Shown here: in pieces, positions 47,924 to 56,260 of the stretch
How positions within the stretch are numbered: the first letter of the stretch is position 1
Layout: each line of letters starts with the position of its first letter
Assembly (NCBI GenBank): GCA_947584415.1
Contig: CANPWN010000003.1
Location: 28,860 to 92,859 of the forward strand
Direction: 5' to 3'
Length of the DNA: 64,000 nt
Source of the DNA: an uncultured Clostridia bacterium
GTDB lineage: Bacteria > Bacillota > Clostridia > Christensenellales > UBA1242
Notes under the pieces: model-generated
Databases searched by the model: none
What the model was told of the DNA's origin: nothing
The model's input: the letters and a program-made list of their open reading frames with translations, nothing else
Translations under genes and position numbers: made by a program

Positions 47924-47973
47924 AATTTAAGTATACTACAAAATAATATTATTTGCAACAATTTTTTCAATTT

Positions 47974-48285
47974 CTATTTTCTTATAAAAGTCAAGCAATA
48001 AGGCTTTGCTCTGTAATCATTGACAGTTATGCCATTTGCAACGCAATGCCCGTCATGATTGAGCAAACACTCGGCGGAACATTTGATTTCAATTGTTTTT
48101 GAGTCCCTTTGCGGGCTATATTTTGGAATTCGCTCAAACAAATGTTTGGATGTGTCAATTTGCTGCTTTTCTTCGTCTGGCTCATAGTGAGAGCATAACA
48201 TTCCCTTTGTGACCGCAATGCCTCTGGCTTTGCAAGTGAAGTGGTCATTATATTTGCACTTTAATTTTCTGCACCTAATATCCAT
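47974..48285 (-). CDS. DUF1540-like Cys-rich tandem-domain protein
   Basis: Two C..x.C..N....C.A..I.V...C repeats. GAGGAG RBS. Confidence 0.75.
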   Translation of the reverse strand: MDIRCRKLKCKYNDHFTCKARGIAVTKGMLCSHYEPDEEKQQIDTSKHLFERIPKYSPQRDSKTIEIKCSAECLLNHDGHCVANGITVNDYRAKPYCLTFIRK

Positions 48286-48366
48286 GTTTTCTCCTCTAGT
48301 CAAGTGTTGCCAATTTGTTTGACTTTTACTCATATTTTGAGTTAAAATTTATTTAAGAGGTGAAAG

Positions 48367-48807
48367 ATGAAAGTCGTTTTGTTAAGTGATGTTCGTGGCT
48401 GCGGAAAGAAAGGCGAAATCAAAGAGGTCAGCGGCGGATACGCACAAAATTATTTGATAAAAAACGGACTTGCACGAATTGCAGACAACTCTGCCTTGTC
48501 AGCGCAAGCGCAAAAAAATTCTTCCGAAGCGTTCCATAAGGCAGAAGCACTCAAAGATGCCAAGTTGTTAAAAGAAAAACTTGCAAATGTGTCCCTATCT
48601 CTTCAAATAAAATGCGGCGAAAACGGAAAGAGTTATGGTGCAATCACAAGCAAAGAAATTGCAGACGCGCTGTCGCAAAAGGGATATGAAATAGACAAGA
48701 AAAAAATTGCAAGCGGCACAATCAAAAATGCAGGAATTTACAAAGTTGAAATCAAACTTCATCCAGAAGTTGTCGCCACAATAAAGGTTGTGGTTGAAGC
48801 CGTTTAA
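48367..48807 (+). CDS. rplI: 50S ribosomal protein L9
   Basis: MKVVLL.DV.G.GKKGEI.EV..GYA.NYL, GK.YGAITSK, KLHPEV. Confidence 0.97.
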   Translation: MKVVLLSDVRGCGKKGEIKEVSGGYAQNYLIKNGLARIADNSALSAQAQKNSSEAFHKAEALKDAKLLKEKLANVSLSLQIKCGENGKSYGAITSKEIADALSQKGYEIDKKKIASGTIKNAGIYKVEIKLHPEVVATIKVVVEAV

Positions 48808-48818
48808 AAGGAGTTAGC

Positions 48819-48953
48819 ATGAGCAATATCAAGCAATATTTGGAAAAAGTTGCGCTATATGACCGCGACCAAATAAGAAATGACGAAGAGGACAGACGCG
48901 TTTTGGAAAGAATAACAAAACACGCGCAAGAGGCCAAAGCCGAAAACATTTAA
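48819..48953 (+). CDS. Unannotated 44-aa charged small protein downstream of rplI
   Basis: AAGGAG RBS at the rplI stop. MSNIKQYLEKVALYDRDQIRNDEEDRRVLERITKHAQEAKAENI. Terminator follows its stop. Confidence 0.6.
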   Translation: MSNIKQYLEKVALYDRDQIRNDEEDRRVLERITKHAQEAKAENI

Positions 48954-48982
48954 AAACGAGTGCGTTTGCACTCGTTTTTTTT
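48952..48982 (+). terminator. Intrinsic terminator (likely bidirectional)
   Basis: AAAAACGAGTGC-GTTT-GCACTCGTTTTTTT. Confidence 0.85.
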
Positions 48983-49038
48983 ATTTTTATTCTTTTTACA
49001 TTTTTGCTTTATTATGTTGCTTGCTTATATCTGCTTAT

Positions 49039-50127
49039 TTAATTTGCTCCGTTTTCAAGTTTTTCTGTTCTGTCTTTTAAAATTAGGGCGTCAATGAAAA
49101 CATCAATTCCACCATTTAACACCCCTTCCAAATCATAAGAGGAAACATTGACGCGGTGGTCGGTCACACGCCCTTGCGGATAATTGTAAGTTCGCACTCT
49201 CTCACTTCTATCCCCCGTGCCAACCTGTGAGCGGCGATTATCTTTCATTTCTTTTTCTTTTTCGCCTTGATAGAGTTCATACAGTTTACTTTGCAAAATT
49301 CTCATTGCTTTTTCGCGGTTTTTAATTTGGCTGCGCTCATCTTGACAGGTGACAACAATACCTGTTGGGATATGCGTCAAACGGATGGCGCTGTCCGTTT
49401 TGTTGATGTGTTGCCCGCCAGCACCTGAAGCTCTGTATGTATCCACCCTCAGGTCGCTGTCCAAAATTTCAAAGTCAACATCCTCAACTTCTGGAAGCAC
49501 CGCAACTGTGGCTGTTGAAGTGTGAATTCTGCCCTGCGACTCTGTTTCTGGCACACGCTGAACCCTGTGCACACCCGCTTCAAATTTGAGTCTTGCATAC
49601 GCGCCTTTGCCTTTGACAAAAAATGTCGCCTCTTTAACTCCGCCAAGTTCTGTTTCATTTAAATCCGAAATTTCAATCTTCCAACGGTGCGCGTCTGCAT
49701 AATGCTGATACATGCGCAAAAGTTCTGCTCCAAAAAGCGCCGACTCCTCTCCGCCAGCCGCTGCACGAATTTCCATAATGATGTTTGCGTCATCATTTTC
49801 ATCCTTTGGCAAGAGCAAAATTTTTATCTCTTCGCACAAACTTTCAATCTGCTTGCCAAGTGAAAGGCACTCTTCTTCAAACATGGCTTTAAGTTCAGTG
49901 TCCTTTTCGTTGTCGCGCTCTTTTTGGCAACTCTCTTTGTCTTTCATTGCCTTTTCAAGTTTTTTTGACGCCTCAACAATGTCCTGCAAGGATGCATGCT
50001 CCTTTGCAAGCGCCCTCCAAGTTTTGTTGTCTGCAATAACAGAAGGAGAAGCAATTTGCTCAGACAATTCGTCGCTCCTATGCCTAATTTTTAAAGTTTT
50101 TTCAAGTAAATCTTCTGCGCTTGTCAT
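49039..50127 (-). CDS. prfA: Peptide chain release factor 1
   Basis: GGEES, HRVQRVPET (PxT), GAGGQH, RTYNYPQGR. Confidence 0.97.
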   Translation of the reverse strand: MTSAEDLLEKTLKIRHRSDELSEQIASPSVIADNKTWRALAKEHASLQDIVEASKKLEKAMKDKESCQKERDNEKDTELKAMFEEECLSLGKQIESLCEEIKILLLPKDENDDANIIMEIRAAAGGEESALFGAELLRMYQHYADAHRWKIEISDLNETELGGVKEATFFVKGKGAYARLKFEAGVHRVQRVPETESQGRIHTSTATVAVLPEVEDVDFEILDSDLRVDTYRASGAGGQHINKTDSAIRLTHIPTGIVVTCQDERSQIKNREKAMRILQSKLYELYQGEKEKEMKDNRRSQVGTGDRSERVRTYNYPQGRVTDHRVNVSSYDLEGVLNGGIDVFIDALILKDRTEKLENGAN

Positions 50128-51818
50128 ATTTCCGCCTTTACAACCCTTATTATTTTGGAATAATCTTTTTTAAATTTGATGTTTTTAAACCCGTTATCTT
50201 TCAAAATCTGCTCAACATCTTTGAACTGCCCCTGCCCTATCTCCAAAAATAATTTTCCGTTTTTTTTGAGATATTTTGGACTTTCAAAAGCAATTTTTCT
50301 GTAAAAATCAAGCCCGTCCTCGCCGCCATCCAAACTCAGTCTTGGATCAAAATTTTTGACCTCGCCGTCCAGTCCTTCAAGGTCAAGCGAACGAATATAT
50401 GGTGGATTTGAGACAATTATATCAAACTTTTTGTGATTTTTCAACTTATTGAAAAGGTCGCTTTCAACAAACTCCACTTTGGCATCATTTTTTTCAGCAT
50501 TTGTTTTCGCAACTTGCAATGCCGCTTTTGACACATCTAACGCCGTCACCTTCGCTGATGAAAATTTTGCAAGACTGACCGCTATTGCACCACTTCCCGT
50601 GCCAACATCCAAAACTTCCGGCTTGCCATTTCCAATTTCGCCAAGCACTTCTTCGACCAAAATTTCTGTTTCCATGCGCGGCGACAAAACTTTTTTGTTG
50701 ACATCAAATCTAAGCCCATAAAATTCAACAAAGCCAAAGATTGCACTTAGTGGTTTGCCAGCCGCTCGCTGCTCGGTCGCTTTGATGATTTCGCGGTATT
50801 TCTTCTGGTCAAAACTGCGGACAAGTTTTGCCTCCGCCCTGTTCATGTTAAGAACGGTTGCAATTATCCACTCCACATCTGATTTTTCATATTTCCCCGC
50901 CTTTTCAAGTGTTGTCTGCATTTCGGCAAGCACGCTTGAAAGCGGAATTTCTTTTTCTTTCACTTCTTCTCCATTTCCAAGTTCTGCCTCATGAAGTGCA
51001 ACTCGTGCAATCTCATCATGGGTGATGCTTGGTTTTACGCTCACAAAAAAATCTGTTGCAAGGCTCATAAGCCTGAGCCAATTTTGCTTTTCAAACAAAA
51101 AACAAATTTCATAAGCCACCCCGCAACAAACAAGAAATATGCCAAGATTGACAAAAAAGTTGACAAAAGGGTTAATTCTTATCCCAACACATGTTATCAC
51201 AAAAATTGCCAAAATAAAAGTAAAAACAATAATATTTAAGATATTAAGAGGTGTGTGATGGTCAAATTTGCCTTTTTGAACACTGCTGCCCTTTCGCACT
51301 CTCACCTGATTACAAGCCCCATTGAAACGAAACAAATCCTGCATAATGGGGATGAAACGCAAGATAAGAATAGAAAAAAGAAAGAGCGCGACCTTTGTTA
51401 GAGCAATCAAAAAGTTCCTTAGCGCGAAATTCATGCTAAGGCCAATCATCACAAAAGAAAGTTTTGACGGAAGATATCCAAACAAAAAAAGTGACAATAA
51501 AAAGCCTAAAATCAAAATTATTGAAATGACAAGGCTTTCGCGTTTGACATTAAGGCTTTTTGACGCTTTGTCCACCGCGCCGCCTTTGATTGGCTCTGAA
51601 ATTTTGCACGACTCCCAAAACGCAACAATTAAAGCAACAATTCCCTGAAAAAAATAGCAAATTCCACGAATAAATGGAATTTTTTGGCACGCTATTTTAT
51701 TTTTTACTTTTCCAAAGCGAACTCGTTTTGCGCCGCGCTCATCAATGACAGCCAAAGCACACCTCTTGTTTGTCTGACATCTGACACCTATTGAACACGG
51801 AAAGAAAAAAATTTTCAT
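50124..51818 (-). CDS. prmC: DUF1385-like membrane domain fused to release-factor glutamine methyltransferase
   Basis: N-terminal IPFIRG and TM helices. C-terminal PRMETE, DVGTGSGAI, SNPPY, LDGGEDGLDFY. Confidence 0.88.
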   Translation of the reverse strand: MKIFFFPCSIGVRCQTNKRCALAVIDERGAKRVRFGKVKNKIACQKIPFIRGICYFFQGIVALIVAFWESCKISEPIKGGAVDKASKSLNVKRESLVISIILILGFLLSLFLFGYLPSKLSFVMIGLSMNFALRNFLIALTKVALFLFSILILRFIPIMQDLFRFNGACNQVRVRKGSSVQKGKFDHHTPLNILNIIVFTFILAIFVITCVGIRINPFVNFFVNLGIFLVCCGVAYEICFLFEKQNWLRLMSLATDFFVSVKPSITHDEIARVALHEAELGNGEEVKEKEIPLSSVLAEMQTTLEKAGKYEKSDVEWIIATVLNMNRAEAKLVRSFDQKKYREIIKATEQRAAGKPLSAIFGFVEFYGLRFDVNKKVLSPRMETEILVEEVLGEIGNGKPEVLDVGTGSGAIAVSLAKFSSAKVTALDVSKAALQVAKTNAEKNDAKVEFVESDLFNKLKNHKKFDIIVSNPPYIRSLDLEGLDGEVKNFDPRLSLDGGEDGLDFYRKIAFESPKYLKKNGKLFLEIGQGQFKDVEQILKDNGFKNIKFKKDYSKIIRVVKAEI

Positions 51819-51857
51819 ATCTTGTTTTTTGACAAAATATGAAAATCTTAATCAATT

Positions 51858-53189
51858 TTAAGGGTTGATGTCATCTGGCTTAATCTTGCTGTCGGCTGGC
51901 TCTTCTTCGCTTGTGTCAAAATCATCCATTAAAAGATATTCATCTTCTTCCATGGCGTCTTCTGGCAACATCTCAACTGTGGCGGACTTAGTTATCCCAA
52001 CACTTGCAAGCAATTCCTCTTGCTCGGAAGAAAGTTCACCAGCATTTAATCTTCGTTTCACCGCTGCCACCCAAGGTTTGTAGTCCCAACCATTTACCTC
52101 TCTTCTCTTGCCGGCAACACTGAACTCTGGGTCTTCATCCATTTTTGCTTTCAACCTTTCAACACCCTCTTCAAGTGGCACTTTGACTGTAAACGAAAAT
52201 CCGCGCTTTGCAAGTTCCTCATACTGCTCTGGCGGAAGTGTGCCTTTTCGGTATTGCGCCCTCTTAACAAGAAGATAGTAGCAAAGGTCAAAGCCATTAA
52301 CCACCAAATTCTTGTTTCCGCTTGAACTTTTCTGTTTTGCAATTTCGTCAATAGTAAGTTCTGGGTTTGCGGCAAGTTGCTCGTCAATTAACTTTAAAGC
52401 ATGCTTAAAATTGAGATTAACCCTGAAAGTCAAGCCTAAACTTGTCAATTTTTCAACTTCTGTTGGTGAAAGTTTGTGCCGCTTAAATTTTTCTCTTTGA
52501 TTGCTCAGCCACACACCAGCATTCCAGTTCTTTATCATGTGATATTTGGCCTTAAGTTTTCCATCAACCCACACTCTCTTTGCAACGGCAATTTCATCAC
52601 AACTGAGTCCTGTCGCCTGCATTTCTTCTTTCAAAAGGTCAATTGCTTTGTCAAAATCAATGATTGGTCTGCCCTGACGAACCGGGTTTTCAACATCAAA
52701 ACCCAAACTCTTCAATTCAGCAGCCTGCTTAGATGATATTTTGCCCTTTTTGAAATCTTTGCGCGCCTGGTGATACCAATCAGGTATGTCGACCGTGCCA
52801 ATATGATAGTGGAAATTTTTTGTTTCACCGCCCTGCGTTAATTCTTTGTTGTAAAAAAGCATCTGCCTGCTTGTAAGCCCTGGATGAAGTTGAAATTCAA
52901 CTCTTAACAAGTCTATGATGTCATCTGTTTTTGGATTTTTTCTTCTGACAACACCAATTTGATTGAGCATTTCTTTCTTTTTTGGGTCAAAATCTCTTTC
53001 GCCGAGTTTAAGATAATAGAAAGCAAGAAATTCCGTGGCATCAAAACTTGAAAACATGTAATGTTCGTCACTCATGACCTTTTCAGGCGTGAAAATTTCT
53101 TCAAGCGGAATCTTGTCCAATTTCATGGTGTAGTATATTAAATAGTAGTTTTTGTAAAACTCAAAATCTTGTTCACTCATTTCTTCCAT
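51858..53189 (-). CDS. Protein of ~5 helicase-associated (HA)-like repeats, no helicase domain
   Basis: Repeated W...QR..FK..KLS...V..L.SLG.-type units. Confidence 0.65.
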   Translation of the reverse strand: MEEMSEQDFEFYKNYYLIYYTMKLDKIPLEEIFTPEKVMSDEHYMFSSFDATEFLAFYYLKLGERDFDPKKKEMLNQIGVVRRKNPKTDDIIDLLRVEFQLHPGLTSRQMLFYNKELTQGGETKNFHYHIGTVDIPDWYHQARKDFKKGKISSKQAAELKSLGFDVENPVRQGRPIIDFDKAIDLLKEEMQATGLSCDEIAVAKRVWVDGKLKAKYHMIKNWNAGVWLSNQREKFKRHKLSPTEVEKLTSLGLTFRVNLNFKHALKLIDEQLAANPELTIDEIAKQKSSSGNKNLVVNGFDLCYYLLVKRAQYRKGTLPPEQYEELAKRGFSFTVKVPLEEGVERLKAKMDEDPEFSVAGKRREVNGWDYKPWVAAVKRRLNAGELSSEQEELLASVGITKSATVEMLPEDAMEEDEYLLMDDFDTSEEEPADSKIKPDDINP

Positions 53190-53196
53190 ATTTCCC

Positions 53197-54792
53197 TCAC
53201 TTATCTATTTTTATATCAGATTTATAAAAAGGTTTTGCTGTTTCTGGCACAGCAGGACCTTCCCATGTCTCTCGTTTGTATGGCGACTTTTGACTCTCTT
53301 CAATCTTTGGTGGTGGCTCTTCTTTTTTAGGGTTTTTATGAGGTTTTATTGCAAAAATGCCAATGCTGTTTAAAAGGACCTCTTCGCTGATTGAACATCC
53401 ACCTTGCGTCAGATATGCTTGCATTGTGCCAATCCAATTTGAAACATTCCAATCACCAATCATGTAATCAATTCTCTCACCATTTGCATCATATCTTGCC
53501 CGCATATCGTCAATTGTAAGTTCAGGATGGGCAAAAAATTCTTCATGAATTTGTTTGACTCTCAGCTCCGTAGTTATGTTAACGCCCGCATATCTGTTTA
53601 TGTTCAGGGTTTTAAAAATGTCAGATATTTCTTCCTGCGACATCCTTCTGTGTGCCGGTTTTTTGCTGCGCCTCTTTGAACTTTGGAAAAATCCAATAGT
53701 TTTTAAAAGTTCAACATCCTTTTCGGTGAGTTTGCCTTCTCTGTATCTGACCTGAACATTTCTTATCCAACTTGACGCGTTCCAATCTTTAATAAAATAA
53801 GGTGGTTTTTTCACTTGATAAGTGCAAAAATCTTTGAAAACAACACCCTTTTCTTGCATTTCCTGTCTTATCCTTTGCACGCCCTCTTCAATCGGAACGC
53901 CCTTTCTGCCCGACTTTCTATACAGCGCTTTTTCTTCCTCTGTTGACTTTTTTCGCGGCATATTAAGGGTTATACCCACTGACGCCAAAAGTTCGATTTC
54001 CTCTTGCGAATATGCGCCTTGTTTAAGAAGTGTTTTTGCATATACAATCCAATTTGACACATTCCAGCCATCAATATATTTGCATAGCGGCACTCTTTTG
54101 TCATATTTGTAAACGGATGCTTTTAGCAAGGAATAAATTGTTTTGTCCGGATGCTCGCTTAAATATTTCTTTATCTTCTGAACAGCCATCTCCACAGTGT
54201 GATATTCCATAACTTTGAAATCAAAACCCATCTCTTCAAGTTGCGTTTTAATTTCTGGCTCTAACTGTCCTTCCTCAAATCGCTTTTTCATGTAAATAAG
54301 AAAATTCGTCGCGTTCCAACCGTCAATTTTGTAATAGTGATATTCCCCGTTGACACGATGCTTTATTTGAATGTCTTGAATTGTCAGGCCTGGGTGAGTT
54401 TCAAGTTCATGTCTTATCATATCCACACATTGTTGTGAGCGCAATATTCTTCCGCTGTTCGCCTGTGATTGTCGCTGCTCTGGATTTGAAATTGTTTCAA
54501 CGCTTTTTCTTTCAACTTCCTCTTTGTTTGCCATTTTGACAACACTTTTCACCTTGTCAAGTCCAATTTCACAAAACGCCTTTGCTTGCGAAGACGAAAG
54601 TTCGCCTTTAATTAACCTTTTGAGTGCCACTTTTTGCCAAGCAGCGACATCAAAACTTGCTATGCTCCCTCTTTTAATAATATCTTCCACTTTCAACTCT
54701 GGGTGCAACAAAAGTTCAATCTTAACAAGTTCAATGGCAGCAAAAAAACTCGTTTCAAATTCCTCTAAGTTGCTTTTTTGCCTTTTTGCCAC
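53197..54792 (-). CDS. Paralogous protein of ~5 HA-like repeats
   Basis: Repeated HPxLTI...I.(G/D)WN.S.W......GxL....L..IG units. GTG start with GAGGTGAG RBS. Confidence 0.65.
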   Translation of the reverse strand: MAKRQKSNLEEFETSFFAAIELVKIELLLHPELKVEDIIKRGSIASFDVAAWQKVALKRLIKGELSSSQAKAFCEIGLDKVKSVVKMANKEEVERKSVETISNPEQRQSQANSGRILRSQQCVDMIRHELETHPGLTIQDIQIKHRVNGEYHYYKIDGWNATNFLIYMKKRFEEGQLEPEIKTQLEEMGFDFKVMEYHTVEMAVQKIKKYLSEHPDKTIYSLLKASVYKYDKRVPLCKYIDGWNVSNWIVYAKTLLKQGAYSQEEIELLASVGITLNMPRKKSTEEEKALYRKSGRKGVPIEEGVQRIRQEMQEKGVVFKDFCTYQVKKPPYFIKDWNASSWIRNVQVRYREGKLTEKDVELLKTIGFFQSSKRRSKKPAHRRMSQEEISDIFKTLNINRYAGVNITTELRVKQIHEEFFAHPELTIDDMRARYDANGERIDYMIGDWNVSNWIGTMQAYLTQGGCSISEEVLLNSIGIFAIKPHKNPKKEEPPPKIEESQKSPYKRETWEGPAVPETAKPFYKSDIKIDK

Positions 54793-54846
54793 GAACTCAC
54801 CTCTTTTAAAGCAATTTTACACCCAAAAAGGCCTTTTGTCAACAAC

Positions 54847-54872
54847 AAAAAAAGCCACAACTGGGCTTTTTT
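54847..54872 (-). terminator. Terminator after rpmE
   Basis: AAAAGCC-ACAACTG-GGCTTTT hairpin with flanking A/T tracts. Confidence 0.6.
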
Positions 54873-55077
54873 ATTCAAGATTGTATTTTTTCTTAAACTT
54901 GTCAACAGTTCCGCTGGCGTCAACAATTTTCTTCTTTCCTGTGAAGAACGGATGACACTTGTTGCAAATGTCAACATTGAGTGTGTCACCTTTGATTGTT
55001 GAACGAGTTTTAAATGTGTTGCCGCAAGCACAAACAACTGTAACTTCGTGATAATCTGGATGAATTTTCTCTTTCAT
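54871..55077 (-). CDS. rpmE: 50S ribosomal protein L31 (Zn type)
   Basis: [22 protein letters not shown]. Confidence 0.97.
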   Translation of the reverse strand: MKEKIHPDYHEVTVVCACGNTFKTRSTIKGDTLNVDICNKCHPFFTGKKKIVDASGTVDKFKKKYNLE

Positions 55078-55086
55078 AATTCCTCC

Positions 55087-55347
55087 TTAGTCCCCAACAA
55101 ATGGAAGAAGTGCCACATTTCTAGCACGCTTGATTGCAAGTGCAAGTTTGCGTTGGTGATGAGAGCAAACCCCTGTTTGTCTCCTTGGCAAAATCTTTCC
55201 TTTTTCGGTGATAAATTTTCTAAGTTTTGCAACATCTTTGTAATCAATTTCCTTTTCACCAGCAACACAGAAAGCACAAACTTTCTTCTTTGATGGCTTG
55301 CGGAATTTTTTTACAGTTTTTGTTTCTTCTGCTTTAACTTCGCTCAT
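55087..55347 (-). CDS. rpsR: 30S ribosomal protein S18
   Basis: IDYKD...LRKFITE.GKILPRR.TG, AIKRAR.VALLPF. Confidence 0.98.
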   Translation of the reverse strand: MSEVKAEETKTVKKFRKPSKKKVCAFCVAGEKEIDYKDVAKLRKFITEKGKILPRRQTGVCSHHQRKLALAIKRARNVALLPFVGD

Positions 55348-55359
55348 TGTTTTCTCCTT

Positions 55360-55776
55360 TTAAAATGGAAGAGAGTCGTCATCAATAGGCTCAAGCTCTG
55401 CAACAGGCTTGCCGTTTGGCTTTTCTTCTCTTGTTGCAGCAGGAGCATCTCCATCGTCTCTTCTTGCTCCAATAAATTCAACATTGTCTGCAACCACTTC
55501 GGTCACATATCTTCTTGAGCCGTCCTGCGCATCATATGAGGAAGTTTGAATTCTGCCCTCAACAGCACATTTTGACCCCTTTTTCAAATATTTGTGGCAG
55601 TTTTCTGCCTGAGCACGCCAAACAACAATATTGATGAAGTCAGCGTCTCTTTCACCTTCGGCATTTTGAAATCTTCTCTGCACTGCAATTGTAAATCTGC
55701 AAACTGACACACCGCCATTTGTGGTGCTAAGTTCTGGGTCGCGAGAAAGGTTTCCTATAAGAACAACTTTATTCAT
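55360..55776 (-). CDS. ssb: Single-stranded DNA-binding protein
   Basis: MNKVVLIGNL.RDPEL, ADFINIV.W, C-terminal DDSLPF. Confidence 0.97.
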   Translation of the reverse strand: MNKVVLIGNLSRDPELSTTNGGVSVCRFTIAVQRRFQNAEGERDADFINIVVWRAQAENCHKYLKKGSKCAVEGRIQTSSYDAQDGSRRYVTEVVADNVEFIGARRDDGDAPAATREEKPNGKPVAELEPIDDDSLPF

Positions 55777-55799
55777 ATTTTTCTCCTTGTGTTTTTCAA

Positions 55800-56081
55800 T
55801 TAAATTCTGACAAATTGATGACGCATAATGCCTTCAGTGATGTTCATAAGTTTGCTCATTGCATCAACTTCTTGTGCAGGCAGTTCCAACTTCATAAGCA
55901 CATAGTAGCCTTCGTTTTTGAAGTTGATTTGATAAGCGAGTTTTTTGATTCCCCACTTGTCAACGCCTTCCACTTTTCCACCTTTTGCCTCAACATAGCC
56001 ACGGAACTTTTCAATGAGTTCTTCTTTCTTCTCGTCACTAAGTTCTGGCGTGATGATATACAAAACTTCGTATTTTGGCAT
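55800..56081 (-). CDS. rpsF: 30S ribosomal protein S6
   Basis: KYE.LYI, WG.KKLAY.I, EGYY. AAGGAGG RBS before ATG 56081. Confidence 0.97.
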   Translation of the reverse strand: MPKYEVLYIITPELSDEKKEELIEKFRGYVEAKGGKVEGVDKWGIKKLAYQINFKNEGYYVLMKLELPAQEVDAMSKLMNITEGIMRHQFVRI

Positions 56082-56087
56082 AATTTT

Positions 56088-56138
56088 TCCTCCTTTTGGA
56101 CAATTTTGGCTCAAATTTTTGAAATTTGAGCAAGGATT
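56088..56138 (-). promoter_or_regulatory. Putative S6:S18 autoregulatory leader
   Basis: TCCTT-GCTCAAATT..AATTTGAGC..CCA-AAAGGAGG: anti-SD pairing plus inner stem, upstream of rpsF. Confidence 0.6.
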
Positions 56139-56260
56139 TTTTATCGACTTAGTGAGTATAGCATAAATTTTCAAAAGGTGCAAGTAGAATTTTCAGGATT
56201 TTAAAAATTTTTAACTTAAAAGAAGGCCCATGATTTTTCACAGTCCTTCTTTCTTAAAAT

